Of a stretch of DNA of 64,000 nucleotides, positions 56,780 to 64,000 are shown one piece after another (position 1 is the stretch's first letter; each line of letters starts with the position of its first letter). This DNA is from Candidatus Latescibacterota bacterium (GTDB lineage Bacteria; Latescibacterota; UBA2968), in contig OZ242320.1 in the NCBI GenBank assembly GCA_965208125.1, forward strand, positions 4,256,001 to 4,320,000, given 5' to 3'. The translations under genes and the position numbers were made by a program. The notes below the pieces were generated by a model. It was given only the letters and a program-made list of their open reading frames with translations, had not been told where the DNA came from and searched no databases.

Positions 56780-57883
56780 TCATTCACAGTACGGCACAGC
56801 CACGCGCTCCCCATTGCGCATGGCCGACTCGTGTGCGCAGACGCCCGCAGCAGTCCAATTCGCTGCTGTGAAAACGTCCACAGCCGGAGGACGATGCTCG
56901 ACGATGCTTCGAACGAACTCGTGGGCCATAGGGATCCCGGTTTGGCGTCGGATCCGGCTGGTGCGCACAATTTCCGCAATCGCATCGGGCACCAGGTCAG
57001 CCATTGGGGGCAGGTCCATCCTCTTGACGGATACCTTGCGGCCCCGCTGACCATCAGGGAGGACACCGGTTTCTGCCTTAAACACCACGGGATCCTCGCC
57101 CGCAATCTGGGGCGACTCGAAACTCAGGCGGCTGCCGTAGAGGTAGAACCGGTCGCTCAGGAAGCTTCGCGCAAACCTGTGGAAAGACGCTGTTATCTCA
57201 CAGATCGCATCCAACCCTATAAGTTCGAAGATTGCACTCTCCGTGGTATATGGGCTTCCGTACTGCCGTTCTTCTTCGGGGAGCGTTCCTGAGCCCCTGC
57301 ACTGGACACCCGCCACTGTACAGCCTGTCACGTGAAGCAGGGGCCCGAGTCCGTGATAGCAGTAGTACATTGGCGGCAGGCCGCGCCAGTAGTCGGGCCA
57401 GCCTTCCATGTTTTGATAATGAACACCACGCATTAGCTGCAGGTCCCCAAACGCTCCGTCCCGGTATAGTCGCCGGACGTACAGACAGGCAGCAGAAGCG
57501 ATTTCGGTCTCCATCAGCATGTACGTCTGCCCGGTCTCCGTCTTGGTGGCGACCACACGGTCCACGTCTTCCAGACTGAGTCCCATGGGAATGGCACAGG
57601 CGCAGTGTTTGCCCGATTTCATCACGGCGATTGACTGTTCCACATGCAGCGGAATCGGTGTTACCAGATGCACGGCATCGTATTCATTCGATGCCAGCAC
57701 TGAAGCCAGGTCGCCGTGTCTCCGCTCGATTCCGAGTTTATTGCCGACGGTGTTTAGCAGCCTTTCATCCGGTTCGCAGATACCGACGTGTGCCACGTCC
57801 GGGAGAGCCGCGTATGCGGCCGCCCAGGTTTGTCCGAAGTTTCCGAGTCCCACAACGGCGATACGGATCTTTCCTGCAGTCAT
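56780..57883 (-). CDS. Gfo/Idh/MocA oxidoreductase
   Basis: RIAVVGLGNFG, TPIPLH, YWRGLPPMYY, AANWTAAG..HESA. Confidence 0.88.
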   Translation of the reverse strand: MTAGKIRIAVVGLGNFGQTWAAAYAALPDVAHVGICEPDERLLNTVGNKLGIERRHGDLASVLASNEYDAVHLVTPIPLHVEQSIAVMKSGKHCACAIPMGLSLEDVDRVVATKTETGQTYMLMETEIASAACLYVRRLYRDGAFGDLQLMRGVHYQNMEGWPDYWRGLPPMYYCYHGLGPLLHVTGCTVAGVQCRGSGTLPEEERQYGSPYTTESAIFELIGLDAICEITASFHRFARSFLSDRFYLYGSRLSFESPQIAGEDPVVFKAETGVLPDGQRGRKVSVKRMDLPPMADLVPDAIAEIVRTSRIRRQTGIPMAHEFVRSIVEHRPPAVDVFTAANWTAAGVCAHESAMRNGERVAVPYCE

Positions 57884-57940
57884 CTTTTCATCTCCAGAGG
57901 ATAGGGACATACGCCTGCATCCGATAGAGAAGACTTTTAT

Positions 57941-58000
57941 CTTCTTTTTTGGCTAATTTCAGCGATGGTATCGCCGGTTATTTTGATGATATGGATATCT
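57941..58000 (-). pseudogene. Degenerate duplicate of the M55 gene 3' end
   Basis: 57953-58000 matches 55949-55996 at 43/48 nt; reads DIHIIKITGDTIAEIS versus DTHTVKITGDTIAEIS. Confidence 0.8.
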
Positions 58001-58183
58001 CCTTCCACGATGTATCACATTGTCAAAATACATGATTGTGGGGTGCTCCTGCAAGCAGAGATGTGTCCGCTCCTCTTAGAGATGCTCTGTCCAATTGCGT
58101 TTGACTTCGGCATGGCCACTTTCTATCTTGCCCCTGAAAGATATTTTGCTACCTGGATCAATTTTTTGGAGGAGGATCGGAGG

Positions 58184-59449
58184 ATGGCGGCTAAACCAGA
58201 TTTTCGCAAGCCAGTGCCGGAAGGTGTGGTGGAGCAGACCGGCATCGGTACTGGTTCAGGCAATGGGATGGTGGTCTTAGACGACGGCTCCCTGATGATG
58301 GTTGTGGGGAGTCGCCGCCATATCTCGACTGACGGCGGCCAGACCTGGGGCGAGTCGCGGCCGCTGAACTGCGAGGCGATGGGAAGTTCGTCCAACCTGT
58401 CGTGTATAAAGCTGCAGTCGGGCAAGCTGGCACTGGCGCACCGGGGCAAGGAGGAGGAAGGGTGGGGGACGGAGATGTTCAACTGGAATCCCTTTTATTT
58501 TTCGGTGTCTGAAGACAGCGGCCAGACCTGGGCGGGCGCGTGGCCGATGAATCTGCTGGGCGGGCCGTACCACGATGCGATGATTCAGCTGTCGAGCGGG
58601 CGGTTGCTGATGCCCAGCCGGATCTGTCACAGCAACAGACGGCACCCTGGTTTGGAATACGATCGGGTGAGCAGTTACGGGATCTGGAAGGGGCTGCGGT
58701 TGCAGGTGAGCGGACATTATCACTATCCGGAGGTAGATATCGCCGCGGTGAGTTATTCGGACGACGAGGGACAGACGTGGCAGCAGTGCCAGGGGCAGTT
58801 GATGGGCTGGTTCGACGCGGAGGGCATTCCCAACGGGCGCGGAGGAATCACAGCGGTGGATGAACCGAGTGTGGCGGAATGCGCGAATGGGCGGGTGATG
58901 TTGCTGGCGCGATCTACTGTGGGGCGGTTGGTGCAGTGCGCCAGCGAAGACGGGGGAGAGACCTGGACACCGATTTTGCCGAGCGATCTGGCGAGTTCGT
59001 ATTCGCCACCGAGGCTGCGTCAGATTCCGAGTACGGGCGACTTACTGTGTGTGTGGAATCAGGTATCACGGGATGAGATCAAACGGGGCTATCGGCGGGG
59101 ACGACTATCGGCGGCGATTTCCAGGGATAGTGGCGCGAGCTGGGAGCGGTTCGAGACAATTGAGGTGAGCGAGGGGATGGAGGACGTGGAGCGGGTGGTG
59201 CCGCAGGAGCCGATTACGCCAGTGGTCGGGTTGCCCGATGTGGGTATGCTGCCGGAGGGGTTCGCCACTTTCGACTACCCCAATGTGTGGTTTGCGGGCG
59301 ATAAGGTGTACCTGACATACCACCGGAGCTGGGTCGAAGTAGATGAGGACGCCGGGGAAGCGGTGATACTGGGGGAACGGAAAGGGAAGGCGAAGAAGCC
59401 GCGCGAGATGGTGTTGCGCATTTATCCATTGGCGGAGTTTTACCGCTGA
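58184..59449 (+). CDS. Sialidase-like BNR-repeat protein
   Basis: Start MAAKPDF (RBS GGAGG); five Asp-boxes of S.D.G..W type, DEPSVAE, FDYP. Confidence 0.82.
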   Translation: MAAKPDFRKPVPEGVVEQTGIGTGSGNGMVVLDDGSLMMVVGSRRHISTDGGQTWGESRPLNCEAMGSSSNLSCIKLQSGKLALAHRGKEEEGWGTEMFNWNPFYFSVSEDSGQTWAGAWPMNLLGGPYHDAMIQLSSGRLLMPSRICHSNRRHPGLEYDRVSSYGIWKGLRLQVSGHYHYPEVDIAAVSYSDDEGQTWQQCQGQLMGWFDAEGIPNGRGGITAVDEPSVAECANGRVMLLARSTVGRLVQCASEDGGETWTPILPSDLASSYSPPRLRQIPSTGDLLCVWNQVSRDEIKRGYRRGRLSAAISRDSGASWERFETIEVSEGMEDVERVVPQEPITPVVGLPDVGMLPEGFATFDYPNVWFAGDKVYLTYHRSWVEVDEDAGEAVILGERKGKAKKPREMVLRIYPLAEFYR

Positions 59450-59462
59450 AATATCATTTATT

Positions 59463-60923
59463 CTATCTCGTGAAGGGCTTCCGTTTCATCGAAGAATAGA
59501 CACCTTCCAAAGTTCCGGCCTTTTTATGCCATATCAATGCCTGTTCATTGGCGTCTTTGACATACTTGAGCGCCTCGGTAATGGGCTTCCCCATAGGATC
59601 GAAATACCCGGTCTGGGACTTACCCGTAGCGTCATGCGTTCCGGCCCAGGTTTCGATATACCCACACGTCTGCCAGCCCAGCATAAAGGGCAGGTTCATG
59701 ATTCCCTTTAAATATACGGCGTACTGTTTGCCTTTATCCTCGATAGTGGGGACTTCTACCCCCTTCACGCGATCCATCTGGGGGCGCAGGAATCCATAGG
59801 CGTGGTCGCCGTTGATGATGGGCTTTCCTGTCTTTTCATAAATTCTCCGCAGTTTTTTTTCGTGAGCCGGCGTATAGAAATCGTAATCCTGGATCAGCAC
59901 CACATCTACGTAATTCTTCACAATATCCCACACCCAATCGGGTTGGGGCCTCGCATTTTGTATTTTATCGCCAAAAATCAAATGATGGGGGTCGTGTTTC
60001 CTGATGGCATCGTGGTGAGCCTTGAGATAAGCGTCAACGATTTTTGCATTCATAAGTGCCTGATCGGTAAATCCCCTTTTGGGATTTTGGGGCATACCAT
60101 ACTCGCTTATTTTGAAAAAATCCTCCCACGTATTCACATTTAATCCGTACATTTTCCCAGCCTCAGCAGCGGAAGAATACTGACCTTGTAATACTCCAAT
60201 CCAAACTCTTTTGCCTGGTGTCTTGCCGGGGCGAGACAAGATGTCCATGATCCAGGGATGGTGCTCAAAGCTTCTGATTGGCTTTCCCAAATTGTGAACT
60301 GTGTAAGCGGGTAGATCTTCGTAACTGTATCCTAACAAGTACTTTGAGTTTCTGTGCTTTGAGGTGTAAGCTTTGACAAAATGGTCGAGTTTTTGTTGCC
60401 AGGCAGGATCAAATACGTCGGGGAAGCGCTTGTCGGCTGACCACTGTTTGACCCGTTTGGGGTGAACATGGCTCATTCGCAGCTTGCCAAAATAATACAA
60501 CTTCAATTCGTTGCAGTAATCCGTGGGCATTACGTGTGGATGATGAAATGCCAGGGTATTGAAACCGTAATCTTTATGATCCTTAGCTATAATCTCCAGC
60601 CAAGTCCTGGCTCCTTCGGACTTAAAATCGACTCTTTTTCCCTTCATGATCCCGCCGCCGATTTTCTCGATCCAGTGTTCTTTGTTGTAACTGGCAAATC
60701 TGGACAGGGGACCTACGTGATTCATTCCAAGCGGAATAAAGGGTTCGCCATCACCGTTGACCATGGTCCAAATTCCTCCTACCTCTTCCAGGTGGACAAA
60801 GTCTTTGTTCCCAATGATTCTGGCTTCGCCTTCCTTGTCAATCGCCGCAAACGAGTGACCAAACCCGACTGTACAAAATAAGAAGAGCATTGTTGCTCTG
60901 AATAGAGCTTGTGAAAGTATCAT
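59463..60923 (-). CDS. Secreted GH-A clan glycosidase-like protein (GH50/agarase-like)
   Basis: Signal peptide; GMNHV, GFNT, FPDVFDP, LLGY, DAIRKHDPHHLIFG, LGWQ. Confidence 0.6.
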   Translation of the reverse strand: MILSQALFRATMLFLFCTVGFGHSFAAIDKEGEARIIGNKDFVHLEEVGGIWTMVNGDGEPFIPLGMNHVGPLSRFASYNKEHWIEKIGGGIMKGKRVDFKSEGARTWLEIIAKDHKDYGFNTLAFHHPHVMPTDYCNELKLYYFGKLRMSHVHPKRVKQWSADKRFPDVFDPAWQQKLDHFVKAYTSKHRNSKYLLGYSYEDLPAYTVHNLGKPIRSFEHHPWIMDILSRPGKTPGKRVWIGVLQGQYSSAAEAGKMYGLNVNTWEDFFKISEYGMPQNPKRGFTDQALMNAKIVDAYLKAHHDAIRKHDPHHLIFGDKIQNARPQPDWVWDIVKNYVDVVLIQDYDFYTPAHEKKLRRIYEKTGKPIINGDHAYGFLRPQMDRVKGVEVPTIEDKGKQYAVYLKGIMNLPFMLGWQTCGYIETWAGTHDATGKSQTGYFDPMGKPITEALKYVKDANEQALIWHKKAGTLEGVYSSMKRKPFTR

Positions 60924-60952
60924 AACTGTTTCCTCTTTTCTTTAAACCTGAA

Positions 60953-61990
60953 TTAGTCGAGCCTCCCCTGATAGCAGGCATCGTCCCACAGGGTCGCCTG
61001 GAAACGTGGCTCATTACCCGTTAGTACCGCAACCGCATCCTTGCACGCGTCGGTGAAACAACGTCGGTGGCAGAAATCCGTGCCCCCTGCGATGTGAGGG
61101 GTTACCAGCACGTTGGGGTGCCGACGAAACCAGGCATCGGGCGGGGGAGGTTCCGGTGCGAACACGTCAATTGCCGCAGCAATCTCCCCGGCCTCAATGC
61201 GTTCCCACAGCGCATCTTGCTCAACCACTGCCATGCGCGTGACAAGCACGAACAAAGCACCCCGTGGCAAGGCGTTGATGACTTCTCTGCTGATAATCTG
61301 CTGGGTTGTTGGCGTTGGAGGTAGGCCGACGACAAAGACTTCGCTGGACGCAGCCAGTTCCACAAGTGATAGGGTGCGCTCGACACCGTGTGCCGCAAGT
61401 GCGGCATCTGCGACATAGGGGTCGTAGGTTCTCGTGATGCACTTGAATGGGGCAATCAGTTCGGCGTATCGCCGGTTGATGCTGCCGAATCCGGCGAGTC
61501 CCACACGCCTGCCTGTCAGGTCACCATAGACAAAGCCCGGCTTATTCCACGCGTGAGATTTCCATTTGCCCTGGCGTGCGAGATAGAGCGATTCGGGGAT
61601 ATCGCGGATGAGATTGAGTGTCATGGCGAGCGCAAATTCGGCAACCGATGGGGTCATGCTGCGCGAAGTATCAATAAGCGGAATGTCGCGGTCTGCCAAC
61701 TCCTGCAGGTCAACCCAATCATTGAAGCGATTGTCAAACGTCCCGGCTAAGACCTTCATCCGCTCAGCAGATTGCCAGTCTTTAGGGGTGGTGGCAGGAC
61801 GGTGCCAGGGACCTATCACAACGCCATCCGCAACGGGAAGGCGATCAAAAAATCGCATGAACGCTTCCTCGTCCTGTTGACCAATCTGGCGGACGATTTC
61901 GACTTCGCCCTGCGTCTCAAGGAACGCACAGCCTTCCTCGGTGCACTGCCGCTGTCGATTGGAATCGGTCTCGAACACAAGAATGTGCAT
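60953..61990 (-). CDS. D-isomer specific 2-hydroxyacid dehydrogenase
   Basis: Start MHILVFE (RBS GGAGG); GLAGFGSI, YDPY, DVFAPEP, TPHIAG. Confidence 0.88.
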   Translation of the reverse strand: MHILVFETDSNRQRQCTEEGCAFLETQGEVEIVRQIGQQDEEAFMRFFDRLPVADGVVIGPWHRPATTPKDWQSAERMKVLAGTFDNRFNDWVDLQELADRDIPLIDTSRSMTPSVAEFALAMTLNLIRDIPESLYLARQGKWKSHAWNKPGFVYGDLTGRRVGLAGFGSINRRYAELIAPFKCITRTYDPYVADAALAAHGVERTLSLVELAASSEVFVVGLPPTPTTQQIISREVINALPRGALFVLVTRMAVVEQDALWERIEAGEIAAAIDVFAPEPPPPDAWFRRHPNVLVTPHIAGGTDFCHRRCFTDACKDAVAVLTGNEPRFQATLWDDACYQGRLD

Positions 61991-62018
61991 GGGTGTTCCT
62001 CCAAATACTTTGCTAATA

Positions 62019-62123
62019 TCAGTTTTGAGGAAAATGAGCAACTGTTTCGCCGCTTTCATCGAGAAATTCTAATCTGGCTGTGCCTTCTGGTTCAACAGAA
62101 AGTCTTATTCGGATCTTTGAATC
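62019..62123 (-). pseudogene. Orphan 3' end of a hypothetical gene
   Basis: DSKIRIRLSVEPEGTARLEFLDESGETVAHFPQN*, protein-like, with no start codon before an upstream in-frame stop. Confidence 0.5.
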
Positions 62124-62210
62124 TTCAGTACAGTAGTGCGCTGTACTTCAAGGAGTTCTCCCACTGTTTGATACAGACAATCTATATGCTGCCACACACG
62201 TTCTAATGTC

Positions 62211-63338
62211 TCACTCGATGTCATGGAAATTTCTCCTTTCAAATGGTTCGATTTTATTATTCTCAACAATAACTGATGAACGATCTATTGGAGCAACATC
62301 AATTTCAACAACTAATATCTTTGGATCGTTGGTGTAAAAAACATTGTTCACAACAGTGTTATCCCTCCCTGTTGGAGCAGGGATATTTTTCTGATCAAGA
62401 TAGTCCACCCTTACTGGATCGTCCGTTTTTTTATTTAAAATCTGAATATATCGAGTCAGGTTCTTATTAGATCCGATGAATTTATTATCCTTTATGATGT
62501 TGGCAAATCCCGATAGTTTGACAACTTCTTTATTGTAGGATTTTTCATAACAGTATAGAATATTATTCTGGACGGTTACAAATGAGGCCGCGTATTTGAT
62601 ATCGATATATTGCCCCAGTAATCCCGGTCCCAATATGCTTTCCTCAATTATGATATTATGGGCTCTTGCCATTTTTCCTCTTTCTTCAAGCCCTTTTGAT
62701 GAACCAATATAAAAGCCTTCTCCTTCATGAGCGTTATAATCTTTATCCAGCCATTCTCCAATATGATGAATTTTCATTCTTCTAAAGGTGTTATGGTGAC
62801 TTTCATTCCTGACAGCTACAGCAGTGTTATGTGTATGATGTATATGCACATCTTCAATAACATTATGATGTGATCCCGATCCCAATAAATATAAACCGAT
62901 ACGAAAACCATGCGTGTTCCAATACCCCTTGTCCAGAGACACTTTCTTCCCGGTTATTTCTATGCGGGAAATGTTCCAGAACGAGCCACTTAGTTTGATT
63001 GCTACCAAATCCTCTTCCTTTTTTTGACCAACTGTGGAAATTACAGCATATCGACCCTGGCCTGTGCTGTCTTTTGATGTAAGGGTGATTCTGTTTTTAT
63101 CGGATCCATTTGCATGTAGCTTAAAACTCTTATCAATTTCATACACTTTGCCGCCCTGAAGCATAATCGTATCACCTGGCTTGACGGTATCCAATGCATC
63201 GTAAACATCCTTGCTTGTAGCGCATTGATAAATATCGCTAGCGTAAAGCACATTGATATTGGCAATCAACAGGGAAAAGGAAATAATTAAAGGGGGCAAG
63301 AGCCGTTTAGGGGCTAAATTGTTAATGACGTTTTTCAT
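62211..63338 (-). CDS. Secreted right-handed beta-helix protein (polysaccharide lyase-like, PL31-like motif)
   Basis: Signal peptide; VKPGDTI, IHH, GEGFYIGS, IDIK; markedly AT-rich. Confidence 0.65.
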   Translation of the reverse strand: MKNVINNLAPKRLLPPLIISFSLLIANINVLYASDIYQCATSKDVYDALDTVKPGDTIMLQGGKVYEIDKSFKLHANGSDKNRITLTSKDSTGQGRYAVISTVGQKKEEDLVAIKLSGSFWNISRIEITGKKVSLDKGYWNTHGFRIGLYLLGSGSHHNVIEDVHIHHTHNTAVAVRNESHHNTFRRMKIHHIGEWLDKDYNAHEGEGFYIGSSKGLEERGKMARAHNIIIEESILGPGLLGQYIDIKYAASFVTVQNNILYCYEKSYNKEVVKLSGFANIIKDNKFIGSNKNLTRYIQILNKKTDDPVRVDYLDQKNIPAPTGRDNTVVNNVFYTNDPKILVVEIDVAPIDRSSVIVENNKIEPFERRNFHDIE

Positions 63339-63359
63339 ACATCCCTCACCATATCGTTC

Positions 63360-64000
63360 TCAGCCGACAAAGTCATGGATTCTTTGATATACGCTCAATT
63401 TGGCCTGATCCAATTCCTGCCCATATTCCTGGAAAAACAAAGGAATCCACTCATCCCCAAGATTTCTGCGAATGGTGTAGTGAGCTGCGACAAAATCGAG
63501 ATATCGATCTCCGACGCCCGCATAGCCCAAATCAATGTAGCCACTTAAACGGCCATCGTGGATCATAACGTTGGGTAGGCAATAATCCCCATGGGTGAAC
63601 ACCAGGTCCTCTGGTGGCAGGTCGGCCCTTATGCTGTCCAGCTCATCCCGAAGAACATTCCTCGTTTCACCATCTGGTATCTGACCGTCTAATACGCCTG
63701 AGTCAATCAAGCCTGTCGCCCACGCAAAATAGCGTTCCATGCGCCAATCCAGGGGGCACGAATCGACCGCTATTGCGTGAATTTCGCGAAGACCACGAGC
63801 GAACATGCGTACGAGACTCGGAATATCACTTTTGGCATCCTGGTGGATGCCAGATACACCAGTAATTTGGGTCATGAGCAGATACTGGGCATCATCTTTT
63901 TCGAGGAAGCAGACCACGCGAGGAACGTTCAATTTTCCCTGGAGCCAGGACATTGCCGTTTTCTCGGCCAGAAGATCGGATTCTTGTGGTGCCGCATGCG
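63360..64000 (-). CDS. Aminoglycoside phosphotransferase APH(3')-like, 5' end outside window
   Basis: Frame is open to the window end (..DLLAEKTAMSWLQGKL.VP.V); HGDYCLPN, YIDLG, DRYLD. Confidence 0.85.
   Translation of the reverse strand, partial: HAAPQESDLLAEKTAMSWLQGKLNVPRVVCFLEKDDAQYLLMTQITGVSGIHQDAKSDIPSLVRMFARGLREIHAIAVDSCPLDWRMERYFAWATGLIDSGVLDGQIPDGETRNVLRDELDSIRADLPPEDLVFTHGDYCLPNVMIHDGRLSGYIDLGYAGVGDRYLDFVAAHYTIRRNLGDEWIPLFFQEYGQELDQAKLSVYQRIHDFVG

Noticed and set aside
57965-58183. Long N-terminal extensions in the ORF track (also 7227, 14403, 21954, 30135, 36745, 36843, 44096, 62059)
   Set aside because: Downstream starts match family N-termini and mostly have better RBSs; the extensions overlap neighbours or intergenic scars
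1-64000. Classical integron cassette array
   Set aside because: No integrase, and by eye no recurring RYYYAAC...GTTRRRY attC hairpins in the spacers; many spacers are under 40 bp. A covariance-model search was not run.
41428-64000. Aminoglycoside biosynthetic cluster (DegT + Gfo + APH)
   Set aside because: No glycosyltransferase, cyclitol synthase or exporter; neighbours are hydrolytic and the APH is separated by unrelated genes

Overview
A 64-kb, gene-dense catabolic mosaic from a bacterium; the content resembles marine Latescibacterota/Poribacteria-type genomes, which is inference only. It holds 11 cytoplasmic Cys-type S1 sulfatases, 8 PhyH-like Fe(II)/2OG dioxygenase domains (one fused to an alginate-lyase domain) and several lyase/glycosidase-like proteins (PL4, beta-helix, BNR, GH50-like, sialidase-like). 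It also has rhaM, two DUF3604-like paralogs, two PqaA-like paralogs, Gfo/Idh/MocA and D-2-hydroxyacid dehydrogenases, a DegT aminotransferase, an M55 peptidase, an AAA/DUF4143 ATPase and a partial APH. I saw no transporter, regulator, FGE, integrase, rRNA/tRNA or CRISPR array. The most striking signal lies between the genes. Adjacent genes differ sharply in base composition, and the short junctions repeatedly contain gene scars: RBS+start stubs, orphan 3' ends, collapsed start-to-end minigenes, a repeated 'PEIRPVV*' tail and fused or decapitated genes. This suggests an attC-less, high-turnover gene acquisition and replacement array. A 132-bp MITE and three PhyH proteins with halogenase-like HxG/HxA motifs are also notable.
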